A DNA stretch of 64,000 nt from Candidatus Parcubacteria bacterium (lineage in GTDB: Bacteria; Patescibacteriota; Minisyncoccia; Phycocordibacterales; JAKFXT01). A program made the position numbers and the translations under genes. Numbering within the stretch: the first letter of the stretch is position 1; each line of letters starts with the position of its first letter. The stretch lies in the NCBI GenBank assembly GCA_021414235.1, contig JAIOOV010000004.1, forward strand, positions 36,250 through 100,249. The letters run 5' to 3'. Below are positions 38,210 through 47,125 of this stretch, piece after piece. The notes beneath the pieces are model-generated. The model did not search any database. It had not been told where the DNA came from and was given only the letters and a program-made list of their open reading frames with translations.

Positions 38210-38608
38210 TTAGAGCGGCAGATCGAAAGCAAAGAACCCAGGGCCGGTGAGAGCAAGCGAGAGGGAGATGAGAGCGACTAAGATGTACACAGTCATGCTT
38301 GCGGAACCAAAAGGTTCTTTACGGGAGAGGAAGGCGGATTTTGCAGCAAGCGCTGCGCCGATAAGCGCTACCACCTGAGTGTAGAGGCCGGCGATGAGGA
38401 GGGAACCCACGATTATTTCCATGATGCCGAGGACAGCCACAGTTTCTTTTCCAGGGAGGTTCCATTCCTCAAGACGAGCGCGGAGAGCGTGACGGCTTGA
38501 GTTAAAACAGCCTGCACCCCATAGGAGGAAGAGTGTGCCCGCAGCAAGACGGAGGAGGAGCGGAGCGGCGAGCGTATATACCAAAAGCTCAGGAAATATG
38601 CTTAACAT
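38210..38608 (-). CDS. DoxX family membrane protein
   Basis: LLLRLAAG, EIIVGSLLIAGLYTQ, TGPGFFAFD. Confidence 0.85.
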   Translation of the reverse strand: MLSIFPELLVYTLAAPLLLRLAAGTLFLLWGAGCFNSSRHALRARLEEWNLPGKETVAVLGIMEIIVGSLLIAGLYTQVVALIGAALAAKSAFLSRKEPFGSASMTVYILVALISLSLALTGPGFFAFDLPL

Positions 38609-38624
38609 GGGGTTATCCTAGCAT

Positions 38625-39104
38625 ATGAAGAAGTCTCCGATAACAGAAGCGGTAGTGGTACTCGAGGATATCCGGAGTGCGGAGAATGTCGGCTCTATCT
38701 TCCGTACGGCGGATGCCTGCGGCGTCTCCCGCATCTATCTCACCGGCTACACTCCACTGCCCGTAGACCGTTTCGGCCGTGCTTCCAGGGTGGGGAAGAG
38801 CGCTTTAGGGGCAGAGCACTCCGTCTCTTGGGAGAAGGCAGATATCCTGCCGCTCTTAAAGAAGCTGAAGAAGGGAGGATTTTCTATCATTGCCGTGGAG
38901 CAGTCTCCTGACTCGGTCGACTACAAGAAAATCCCCAAGAAAGAGAAACTCGCTTTCGTCTTTGGTAACGAGGTGTCGGGTGTTTCTCCTGCAACGCTGA
39001 AAAAAGCAGACGTAATCGCGGAGATCGCCATGCTCGGAGAGAAAGAATCTCTCAATGTGTCAGTGGCGGCGGGGATGGTGCTCTCGCGTACGCTCGATAT
39101 CTAG
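38625..39104 (+). CDS. TrmH/SpoU family RNA methyltransferase
   Basis: NVGSIFRTADA, FGNEVSGV, ESLNVSVAAG. Confidence 0.93.
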   Translation: MKKSPITEAVVVLEDIRSAENVGSIFRTADACGVSRIYLTGYTPLPVDRFGRASRVGKSALGAEHSVSWEKADILPLLKKLKKGGFSIIAVEQSPDSVDYKKIPKKEKLAFVFGNEVSGVSPATLKKADVIAEIAMLGEKESLNVSVAAGMVLSRTLDI

Positions 39105-39982
39105 TAGGTGACACTCGTCACGAGCCTGCCTTCTGCGTCCAGGATACGGATAGTCTCGCGGCGGCTCTTCCAGAGACTCTCGCCTGAGTTGAGATAGATT
39201 CTCCACTCGTTTTTGTAGAACCCTGATTTGTCCTTGCTCCCGAGGAGACAGGAGTTGTAGTTGTAGTTATTCGCAACAAAGGACTGACACTCCTGGCTGA
39301 GATTCTGGGGTATGGTCGCGGTGGGGAGGAAGCAGGAGGGGAGAGATTCTAGATAATCGAGACAACGGTCTTCGAGTTGGTTCGGCCGTTGGGGAAGCTT
39401 GTAAGTTTCCGGACGGATGCATTGCGTATCAAGAGAGGGGGTGAAGGCTTGAAGGCGGGTGAAGTAACCCATGCAGGAATTTACTCGGAAGGAATAGCCG
39501 GTGGGGGAGCGTCCGGAGACGAGGTAGAGGCGGTCGCCTCCGCGTGCGTAGATGGTCTGCTCTACATTGATGCTGCCTGCCGCGGGAAGAATTACTCCGT
39601 TAGGAATGGGGCGTCCTTTGCCAGTGCTGTCGCTCTCTATCTTCCAGCCGCTCACTGGAACAAGATCCGAGGAGGAGCCGCCGATGGATACCACTAAGTA
39701 TTCGGCGTTGGGATTTGAATTGGGGTAGTAGGAATCTATTGTGACGCGGCTTCGATATGGGGAGAGGATTTCTCCTGGTCTCAGAAGTTTCTTGACCTTC
39801 TCTGTTTCTGTTCCGGAACCACTGGAGCTGCTAGAGGAAGAGCCATTGGAAGAAATGGCGTTCCACTGCATACCGATACTTCCTGTCTGTGCGTAGTTGA
39901 TTGCCGCCATCAGGAAAATCACCACGAAGAATATGGTGAAGCCTCCAATACCTCCGCCGTCGCCCTCTTCTTTGTCAGCCAT
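39101..39982 (-). CDS. Membrane-anchored hypothetical protein (lamin-tail-like domain with Cys-rich insert)
   Basis: N-terminal TM, poly-Ser linker, NAEYLVV...VSGWKIES, six Cys. Confidence 0.75.
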   Translation of the reverse strand: MADKEEGDGGGIGGFTIFFVVIFLMAAINYAQTGSIGMQWNAISSNGSSSSSSSGSGTETEKVKKLLRPGEILSPYRSRVTIDSYYPNSNPNAEYLVVSIGGSSSDLVPVSGWKIESDSTGKGRPIPNGVILPAAGSINVEQTIYARGGDRLYLVSGRSPTGYSFRVNSCMGYFTRLQAFTPSLDTQCIRPETYKLPQRPNQLEDRCLDYLESLPSCFLPTATIPQNLSQECQSFVANNYNYNSCLLGSKDKSGFYKNEWRIYLNSGESLWKSRRETIRILDAEGRLVTSVTY

Positions 39983-40023
39983 TGTGATTTAAGTATACCG
40001 CGACCTTCTCTTCCAAAACGTGC

Positions 40024-41307
40024 TTATTGTGTGAATCCGAGTTTCTCGAGCTCTTCGCGAGCGACACGCGCATCGCTCCAGGGAATCTTTGAGCCTCGTG
40101 GTCCCATGATGTAGGGATCGGTACCCTTACCGGTGATAAGTACTGCGCTCGGTCGCCCTGACTCCACGGCGCGCGAGAGGGCTCGGCGAATCGCTTCGCG
40201 GCGATCCATTACTGTCTCTACCTTGTCTGCGGGGAGGGTAATACCTCCTCGTACCTCGGTGATTATCTGCTCTGGATCTTCGTCGTAAGGATCTTCGTCG
40301 GTGAGGACGATGTGTGCACAGTGTTCACTTGCGATACCTCCCATGAGCGGGCGTTTCCATTTGTCGCGGCCACCGCCGGTGCCGGAGAGGACACAAATAC
40401 GTTCCTTACCCTCGTAGGCTTTATAGATACTTTCGAGAGAGCGAGGGGTGTGAGCGTAGTCCACAATGACGTCGAATGGCTGCCCGGCGTCCACTCGCTC
40501 GGCGCGACCAGGGATACGCTCGATTGATTCCAGCCCTTCTTTTATCTGCGCTACTGGGATACCGAGTGCGTGACCTAGGGTGGCTGCGGCAAGCGCGTTA
40601 TATATATTGAATACGCCTGGTAGCTTTAAATTGATTTCGGCGCCCTGGAAGGTGAAAGCGACTCCTTTGCCTTCGGCACGATGCGGTTCCGCATCCTTGA
40701 TTCCATAGAGAAACTCTTCACGGATGCCGAGCTTTCGGAATCCTTCGGCTTCCTTGTCGTCTGAGTTGGCAATGAGGATGCCGCGCTTTTTACCGTTTCG
40801 TGCTACTCGCCTGCCTATCTCGTGTTTGGCGGCAACATACTTTTCGTAGGAGCCGTGGGATTCAATATGCTCCGGCTCGATATTGGTGAATACCAGAATG
40901 TCCGGATAAATGAAGCGATGGCGATATTGCACCACTCCCTCTGAGCTCATCTCCAGTACCACATGAGTAGCGCCCGCGTTCAGGGCATCGCGCAGGAAGC
41001 GCTGCAGGAAGAAGCGTCCCGGCATGGTCATCTTGTATGTGTTCTCCTTGGAGTCCGCACCTATCTTGAAGCGGAGTGTTCCTGCAAGTGCGGTGACGAA
41101 TCCAGCTTTTTCCAAAACTGCATTTACCATCTCTGCGGTCGTGGTTTTTCCTTTGGAGCCGGTGACGCCGATGACGATGGGCTTCCGGGAAGGGAAGCCG
41201 TAGCGGAGAGCGCCGAGGAGTGCGAGGGAATAGTGGTAGGCGGGTCGGAGCCCTTTGAAGAGTGGGGCGGGGATAATGCGTTTGATGGTTCGAAGGAGCG
41301 ATTCCAT
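40024..41307 (-). CDS. murE: MurE-family Mur ligase (short, lacking N-terminal domain)
   Basis: GVTGSKGKTTT, LEMSSEG, FNIYNALAA, VDYAHTP, GGGRDKWKRPLMG, ITGKG; start ATG 41307. Confidence 0.85.
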   Translation of the reverse strand: MESLLRTIKRIIPAPLFKGLRPAYHYSLALLGALRYGFPSRKPIVIGVTGSKGKTTTAEMVNAVLEKAGFVTALAGTLRFKIGADSKENTYKMTMPGRFFLQRFLRDALNAGATHVVLEMSSEGVVQYRHRFIYPDILVFTNIEPEHIESHGSYEKYVAAKHEIGRRVARNGKKRGILIANSDDKEAEGFRKLGIREEFLYGIKDAEPHRAEGKGVAFTFQGAEINLKLPGVFNIYNALAAATLGHALGIPVAQIKEGLESIERIPGRAERVDAGQPFDVIVDYAHTPRSLESIYKAYEGKERICVLSGTGGGRDKWKRPLMGGIASEHCAHIVLTDEDPYDEDPEQIITEVRGGITLPADKVETVMDRREAIRRALSRAVESGRPSAVLITGKGTDPYIMGPRGSKIPWSDARVAREELEKLGFTQ

Positions 41308-41311
41308 ATAT

Positions 41312-41878
41312 TTATGAGCTGAGAGCTTTGAGCGCTTCGCGGATACGCTCTTTGGTGGTGGCACCAGGTGCGCTCTTCTTGAGCGCGTCACGAATCTCAC
41401 GCTCGCCGTAGCCGAGAGAGCGTAGGGCATCAAGCGCATCTGTTTCCTCGCGGAGACCGGTGCTCTCTTCAATCACTCCCATCTTCTCGCGGAGCTCGAG
41501 GACTATCTTCTCAGCAGTCTTTCTTCCGATGCCGGAGATCTTGGTGAGGTAGCCCGTGTCCCCGGAGGCTATTGCCGAGGAGAGTCGTTCGACTGAAGTA
41601 GAGGAGAGAATGCCGAGAGCTGATTTTGGACCAATGCCTGAGACACTGATGAGCTGCTCGAAGAAGCGTAGTTCCTCCTTGGAGAAGAAGCCGAAGAGAT
41701 CGAGTGCGTCCTCACGTACGGCCAAGTAGGTGAAGAGGGCTACTTCCTCAGCCCCCTCCTTCTTGATCTTGGAAAGCGTGTCCTGTGCAGCAAATATGCG
41801 GTAGCCCACGCCGCCCACCTCAAGCAGGAGGCTCTTTTCTTCGAGAGAGAGGACTGAGCCTCTGAGGTAGCCGATCAT
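41312..41878 (-). CDS. ruvA: Holliday junction DNA-binding protein RuvA
   Basis: MIGYLRG, VGGVGY, VSGIGPKSAL, GIGRKTAEKIVLEL. Confidence 0.97.
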   Translation of the reverse strand: MIGYLRGSVLSLEEKSLLLEVGGVGYRIFAAQDTLSKIKKEGAEEVALFTYLAVREDALDLFGFFSKEELRFFEQLISVSGIGPKSALGILSSTSVERLSSAIASGDTGYLTKISGIGRKTAEKIVLELREKMGVIEESTGLREETDALDALRSLGYGEREIRDALKKSAPGATTKERIREALKALSS

Positions 41879-41960
41879 GGGGCTATCATAGCGCTATTTC
41901 CGGTCTCCCACCACGAAAGACTTGCCTTTTATGGGTTTTCTCTGTACAGTGCCGCTACCT

Positions 41961-42224
41961 ATGCCGATCACATCATCTGCCAAGAAAGCCCTCCGCGCCT
42001 CTAAGCGTAAGCGTGTGTACAACACCTTCCGCAAGGACGCCATGAAGGATGGTCTTAAGGAAATAAAGAAGCTCGTTGTTTCTGGGAAGAAAGCCGATGT
42101 TGAGAAGATGCTTGCAAACGTCGCTCAGGCCATCGACAAGGCAGCCAAGAACGGAGTCATCAAGAAGAATACGGCGAGTCGTAAGAAGTCCAGGCTTGCG
42201 AAGATGATTAAGAAGATCAAGTAA
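41961..42224 (+). CDS. rpsT: 30S ribosomal protein S20
   Basis: MPITSSAKKALR...IDKAAKNGVIKKNTASRKKSRL. Confidence 0.97.
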   Translation: MPITSSAKKALRASKRKRVYNTFRKDAMKDGLKEIKKLVVSGKKADVEKMLANVAQAIDKAAKNGVIKKNTASRKKSRLAKMIKKIK

Positions 42225-42230
42225 CAAAAG

Positions 42231-42255
42231 AAAAACTCCGCTCAGGCGGAGTTTT
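42231..42255. terminator. Bidirectional terminator
   Basis: AAAAACTCCGC-tcag-GCGGAGTTTTT. Confidence 0.85.
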
Positions 42256-42379
42256 TCTTTTGTGCCCCTGTTCGGTCTCGAACGGCGTGTGACAAGACCC
42301 CGCAAGACTTCTTTAGGGAATTTCCCTATAACAGAGCAAGGCCGCTCGGTCGGGGCTCAAATTCTGTATAATGAAAGGT

Positions 42380-43327
42380 ATGCGTGAAGGACCTCCAAAA
42401 TTTATACCGAAGGTTGAACAACAAGAAACTATTGATTCTCCAGAAAAACAGCTTGAATCAGCGCGAGTTTTTGGAGAACACTACTCGGAGGTTATTGATG
42501 CAGCATTGGGCAAAAGGGATATGAAATCATTCGAGCAGGAAAAACTTGACCCTCAATTACAACTGCTCGTGCAGCACGCTCAGATTTTTAAAGCCGAGCA
42601 GCAACAGCGTCAAACAGAGGCGCAACTGGATGCACAAGGTATGCTTTCCCAAGTATTTAAAACAGAAGAGCAACAGAAATTACTCCAGGACACAAGCAAG
42701 TATCGAATGGAGGAGTTGTCACCAGGTGTCTATGGTATTTTTGTCAATCCACAACTCGCTTCTAAACTCCGTCCTGGAGCAGCAGCAATGGCGGTGAGCC
42801 TTAAAAATGGAATCTCTTTTTTGTTTATTCAAGATCACACTGAGACTGAATTCCGCCAACAATACTTAGAGGAGAACTTGCCCCACGAAACTCACCACCT
42901 GGTGTGGGGAGCGGCGCAGAGATTAGATGCATTCCCAAACAAAGAAACCGACCCTGATTATAAGCAAAGCTTCACTCTGTTCCAAGATGAACTTCTTGCT
43001 CGCGCCAGTACAAGTGGAGCATTAGGGGGCTATACGCATATCAATAGTTTGAGTCCCGATGCTCGCGCAGAATTAGAGAGCCGAAGTCCAGGTAAGGCGC
43101 AGGCGATTATAGAACGAGTATCCTCATTGAATGAGTTTCTTATGGAATTGAACGGCTTACTAGCAAGAAGTGAAAAAGTTTCCAAAAAGGACCTTGTTCA
43201 AACAATCATGAAAGCAAAAACCTTCGACGAACTAGAGCGCGGACTACATGAGATGAAGGCGCTTGTTGAAAAATTTCCTCTTAAGGAATTGGAGCAAAAC
43301 GATGGTTGGGGCTCTTTTACTACGTAG
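42380..43327 (+). CDS. Hypothetical protein with HExxH motif in AT-rich islet
   Basis: NLPHETHHLV followed by QDELLA; start set to ATG 42380, 7 nt after TATAAT 42367-42372. Confidence 0.75.
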   Translation: MREGPPKFIPKVEQQETIDSPEKQLESARVFGEHYSEVIDAALGKRDMKSFEQEKLDPQLQLLVQHAQIFKAEQQQRQTEAQLDAQGMLSQVFKTEEQQKLLQDTSKYRMEELSPGVYGIFVNPQLASKLRPGAAAMAVSLKNGISFLFIQDHTETEFRQQYLEENLPHETHHLVWGAAQRLDAFPNKETDPDYKQSFTLFQDELLARASTSGALGGYTHINSLSPDARAELESRSPGKAQAIIERVSSLNEFLMELNGLLARSEKVSKKDLVQTIMKAKTFDELERGLHEMKALVEKFPLKELEQNDGWGSFTT

Positions 43328-43368
43328 CTAATAAGCAGACCCGCTCGGTCACTCGACTTAGCACTAGC

Positions 43369-43443
43369 TGGTGCCCTCGGCAGGAATCGAACCTGCATCA
43401 CCTCCTTCGGAGGGAGATATCCTATCCATTGAACGACGGGGGC
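43369..43443 (-). tRNA. tRNA-Arg(CCG)
   Basis: Cloverleaf on minus strand; loop CT-CCG-AA; encoded CCA; C5-A68 acceptor mismatch. Confidence 0.92.
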
Positions 43444-43477
43444 AGGTCTCGAGAGTATATTTCGAGGCTCCTCAATG

Positions 43478-43549
43478 TGCTCTCGGCAGGAATCGAACCT
43501 ACATTATCAGCTCCGCAAGCTGATGTCCTATCCATTGAACGACGAGAGC
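43478..43549 (-). tRNA. tRNA-Arg(GCG)
   Basis: GCTCTCG/CGAGAGC acceptor; stem TCAGC/GCTGA; loop TT-GCG-GA. Confidence 0.93.
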
Positions 43550-43600
43550 TTCATACGCCTTACTACAAAGCGTTGTGGAGCCTACGCTACCACAGCTCTC

Positions 43601-44062
43601 CTAGAATCCCAAACGCTCGGCGAGGAGATATATCCAAGGTTCCTCGTGCTCTACTGCGGGGAGGTATTCCTCCAGGTATTCACGTACCACTTCGGTGGGG
43701 TAGCCGACTACGGGTATTACGATGTATGGCATGAAGCGGCGCTTAGAGACGAGAATGATCTTCTCTTGACGCACACCGTCGGTGACCCAATAGGAGCGGA
43801 GAGAGGGAAAGGGATAGAGGGTGTCTCCCGCAACGATTCCTTCGGGGCTGATTGAGTATTCGATCTCGTGAGGAGGACGAAGTGCGAAGAGGGCCAGGAT
43901 GCCGCCAGAGAGGATGAGGATGATCGCAAAGAGTGCGTCATCGAGATAGATGGCTACTGCGGATCCTGCGATGACGAGGAGTCCTAAGCCCCAGAACCAA
44001 TCCACGCTCCTCGGGTGGTGAGTGTATTCCGGAGCTGACCAGACCAAGCGATCTTCTTCCAT
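43601..44062 (-). CDS. Conserved CPR two-TM protein with PH-like C-terminal domain
   Basis: WSAPEYTHHPRSVDWFW, two TMs, YSISPEGI...YW. Confidence 0.8.
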   Translation of the reverse strand: MEEDRLVWSAPEYTHHPRSVDWFWGLGLLVIAGSAVAIYLDDALFAIILILSGGILALFALRPPHEIEYSISPEGIVAGDTLYPFPSLRSYWVTDGVRQEKIILVSKRRFMPYIVIPVVGYPTEVVREYLEEYLPAVEHEEPWIYLLAERLGF

Positions 44063-44140
44063 GTTCGCTTAATCTTATCATCCTTCCGCTGTGGAAGAGA
44101 GCGTTGTGGGCTGTAACGGTCGAGCGTATGATGAGCGCAT

Positions 44141-44419
44141 ATGAATACAATAGATACGTGGCCGGTATTGATGAAAACTCTGCCCACTATGCCTCCGTGG
44201 GTGATCGCTTTAGGAACGGTGGTCGTCGTGTGGTTCGTTGTAGCGATGGTGCTCAAGGTGTATGTACTGTGGCATTCGGCGCGTAGGGGGGAGAGGTGGT
44301 GGTTCATCGGACTTTTCTTCATCAACACTCTTGGAATTCTTGAACTTATCTACTTGGCGCGCCACCGCATGAGCTCAACCTCACCAGTAATTCCTCCTGC
44401 GTCCAAAACCTGGCAATAA
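44141..44419 (+). CDS. Small membrane protein (DUF5652-like)
   Basis: LWHSARRGERWWFIGLFFINTLGILELIY. Confidence 0.85.
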   Translation: MNTIDTWPVLMKTLPTMPPWVIALGTVVVVWFVVAMVLKVYVLWHSARRGERWWFIGLFFINTLGILELIYLARHRMSSTSPVIPPASKTWQ

Positions 44420-44476
44420 GGGTTTCGCCGCGTATACTATCGTCGTCTTATCCGCCCGCAGGGGCGGATTGACCTA

Positions 44477-44561
44477 GGAGGGGTCGGATAGTGGTTCATT
44501 CCAGCGCACTTGAAATGCGCCAAACCGCAAGGTTTCGTGAGTTCGAATCTCACCCCCTCCG
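44477..44561 (+). tRNA. tRNA-Ser(UGA)
   Basis: GGAGGGG/CCCCTCC acceptor, G73, loop CT-TGA-AA, long variable arm. Confidence 0.95.
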
Positions 44562-44602
44562 CAACGTAATGTCACTGGCCTGTACGAAGATATACTCAAA
44601 TC

Positions 44603-45169
44603 ATGAATACCTTATATTTAATTGGGGGCTCTCCTAGATGCGGGAAGACAACCATTTTTAATTCGTTCATTAGTAAAAAACCGATGATTGCAATTCCAAC
44701 CGATGCAATCAGAGCGGGAGTACGATACCTAAATAAACACAATCGTATCAATTTTTCTGAAGATGAGATTGAGAACAATCTACCTTGGGAAATGATAGTT
44801 GGATTAATCCATCGGTATGACCATAAAAACATACCCCTCATTATTGAAGGGGTCGTGATTACTCCAGAGCGAGTCAAAAACTTAAAGTTGGAAAATTTGA
44901 AATTGCAGGCGGTATTTGTTGGTTTCACCGAAGAAGCTCATATAGAAAAAATAATACAGTATGGACAAGCTGAAAAAGACTGGGTTTATGGCCATATAAA
45001 AAATAATAATGGCGATGATACGGAAATCAGAAAAATGTTCAAAAGTTTACAAGAGAAAAATAAGCTAACCAAAGAAAAAGCTGAAGAGTATGGATTTGGT
45101 TTCTTCTCTCCTGAGAATTTACCTTTCGATGAATACTGCAATAAGGTTGTACAAAACCTGTTAAGCTAA
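44603..45169 (+). CDS. P-loop kinase-like protein in AT-rich islet
   Basis: LIGGSPRCGKTT Walker A, TDAIR, IIEGVVITP. Confidence 0.8.
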   Translation: MNTLYLIGGSPRCGKTTIFNSFISKKPMIAIPTDAIRAGVRYLNKHNRINFSEDEIENNLPWEMIVGLIHRYDHKNIPLIIEGVVITPERVKNLKLENLKLQAVFVGFTEEAHIEKIIQYGQAEKDWVYGHIKNNNGDDTEIRKMFKSLQEKNKLTKEKAEEYGFGFFSPENLPFDEYCNKVVQNLLS

Positions 45170-45173
45170 GGAG

Positions 45174-45560
45174 ATGAAAATCCTCGGTGTCGATTACGGC
45201 AGCAGGCGTGTGGGTATAGCAATCTCGGATGAGGGTGCGCAGTTTGCGTTCCCAAAGAAAGTGATTCTCGCGACAGGTGATCTCTCGGAGAATATCGCTA
45301 TGCTGGCCTCTGCCGAGGGGGCGAGTGTGGTGGTGATAGGGGAGTCGATCAACTTCGGTGGGGAGGATAATTCTGTGATGGGTGCGATACGCTCTCTTTC
45401 TGCCGATCTCATGGAGCGAGGATTGGAAGTGGTACTTGAGCCGGAATACTTTTCTTCGGCGGAGGCTTCTCGCTTCCAGGGAGAAAGGGATGATATCGAC
45501 GCCTCCGCTGCGGCCATCATCCTTCAGCGATATTTAGACAAACATCAGGATTCCCGCTAA
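45174..45560 (+). CDS. yqgF: YqgF/RuvX family pre-16S rRNA nuclease
   Basis: ILGVDYGSRRVGIAISD, DASAAAIILQRYLD. Confidence 0.93.
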   Translation: MKILGVDYGSRRVGIAISDEGAQFAFPKKVILATGDLSENIAMLASAEGASVVVIGESINFGGEDNSVMGAIRSLSADLMERGLEVVLEPEYFSSAEASRFQGERDDIDASAAAIILQRYLDKHQDSR

Positions 45561-45569
45561 TCTGCGCAT

Positions 45570-45938
45570 ATGATTTCCATAGACGATTTTAAAAAGGTAG
45601 AGATTCGAGTAGGGAAGATTCTTTCTGCCGAGAAAGTGACTGACGCAGACAAGCTCTTGCGTCTCTCTGTGGATTTTGGGCTGAAGCTGTCAGTTAACGA
45701 AGACGGTTCGCCTAAGACAGAAGCGGATATTCGGCAGATAGTCTCCGGTATTTCGGCGTATTTTCCCGACCCCTCTACTCTAGTGGGGAAGAACTGTCCG
45801 TTTGCGGTCAACCTGGAGCCACGCATGATCCGCGGACTCGAAAGCAACGGCATGATACTTGCAGTGGGGAACGCAGACGGCTTTTTCTCTCTTCTTGAGT
45901 CCTCCTCAGACACTCCTCCTGGCAGTACTGTGAAGTGA
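45570..45938 (+). CDS. Stand-alone tRNA-binding OB-fold protein (MetRS C-terminal/Trbp111-like)
   Basis: IDDFKKVEIRVGKI, DKLLRL, RQIVSGI, NLEPR...ESNGMILA. Confidence 0.9.
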   Translation: MISIDDFKKVEIRVGKILSAEKVTDADKLLRLSVDFGLKLSVNEDGSPKTEADIRQIVSGISAYFPDPSTLVGKNCPFAVNLEPRMIRGLESNGMILAVGNADGFFSLLESSSDTPPGSTVK

Positions 45939-45997
45939 AGTCTCTCTCTGAGTATTTACGTGCGGTATACTATTAAGAACGCGCCACAGCGTTCCTT

Positions 45998-47125
45998 ATG
46001 GATACTGCGTTCTTTTCTCCGCACAATCGCTTTTTTGCACTTTTTCCGCCACCCTCTCTCCTCGCGGCTCCCTTTGCTGCTGTCTGGTTCTCTTCCGACT
46101 CCCTCGTTCTCATAGAATTCGCTGTAGGTTCCCAGGGACCATATTTTTCGCGCCTCATAAAGAAGGATCTTGCTCCTGGGGTGCTAGAGGGTGGCACTGT
46201 CGTGGATGAAGCTGGACTCGCCCTCGCTCTGCGTGAACTTCAGAGAGAGAGCGGTTTTCGCCGCATACGCCTGGTTCTTCCAGACGAGAAGATCTATCTC
46301 TTTACTGTTGGCGTGCCGATGCTCTCGCCCAAGGAGACGAGGGACAACATCTCTTTCCAGATAGAGGAGAATGTTCCACTGACGCTTGAAGAGTGTGTGT
46401 TTGATTACAGCGTGATTCCTGAGGGATCCATTCATGGTATCCGTGTGCCGCGCCGCGCTGCGGTCGTCGTTCTGGAGAAAGCTATTCTTGACCCATACCT
46501 CCGGGCTGCTACTGCCGCTTCGTTCCAAGTTCTTTCCGTGGAAGCAGAGAGTCAGGCGCTCGCGCGAGCAGTGATACCTTTTGATACTGAGGAGAGTCGG
46601 CTCTTGGTGCATATCGGGAAAAATGGCGCAGGCATCCATATCGTCGCCCGCGGGGTGGTGCAGTACGCGTCCTCTGTTGATATCGGAGAGACGTCCTTTG
46701 ATGCGGCGCTCAAGAAATCTTTCCCTGAGGCGACCCCGCAAGCCATTACCGAGATGAAGCGAGCGCATTCCTTCACTGGAGCACCCAAGGAAAAGGAATT
46801 CGTTTCGGCTCTCGTGGGCAGCGTCTCTGCGCTCCAGGATGAAGTCAGCCGCCGCTATCTCTACTGGCACTCCCGTGAGGAGGTGGAGGCGGCGGCACAT
46901 CCTCCCATCGCCTCGGTGACTCTCTCGGGTGCTCCTGCTGTACTGAAGGGACTCGCCGAGCACCTCTCTGAAGGCTTACGAATTCCGGTAACGATAGCTG
47001 ATCCGTGGATCAATGCGCCACTGCGAAAAAAGGGAGTACCTCCTATCCCTCTGCCAGAAGCTCTGGGGAGAGCCGCGGCCATCGGAGGCGCGCTTCGTGG
47101 ACTCACTCATTCTTTGTATGCATAA
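45998..47125 (+). CDS. pilM: Type IV pilus assembly protein PilM-like
   Basis: Actin-like pattern: IEENVPL...VFDY, EAESQALARA, VHIGK, TLSGA, AIGGALRG. Confidence 0.8.
   Translation: MDTAFFSPHNRFFALFPPPSLLAAPFAAVWFSSDSLVLIEFAVGSQGPYFSRLIKKDLAPGVLEGGTVVDEAGLALALRELQRESGFRRIRLVLPDEKIYLFTVGVPMLSPKETRDNISFQIEENVPLTLEECVFDYSVIPEGSIHGIRVPRRAAVVVLEKAILDPYLRAATAASFQVLSVEAESQALARAVIPFDTEESRLLVHIGKNGAGIHIVARGVVQYASSVDIGETSFDAALKKSFPEATPQAITEMKRAHSFTGAPKEKEFVSALVGSVSALQDEVSRRYLYWHSREEVEAAAHPPIASVTLSGAPAVLKGLAEHLSEGLRIPVTIADPWINAPLRKKGVPPIPLPEALGRAAAIGGALRGLTHSLYA

Noticed and set aside
43369-43443. Possible 8-nt (quadruplet) anticodon loop in tRNA-Arg
   Set aside because: Recount, cross-checked against the overlapping ORF translation (LLRREISY...NDGGR), gives a normal 7-nt CT-CCG-AA loop
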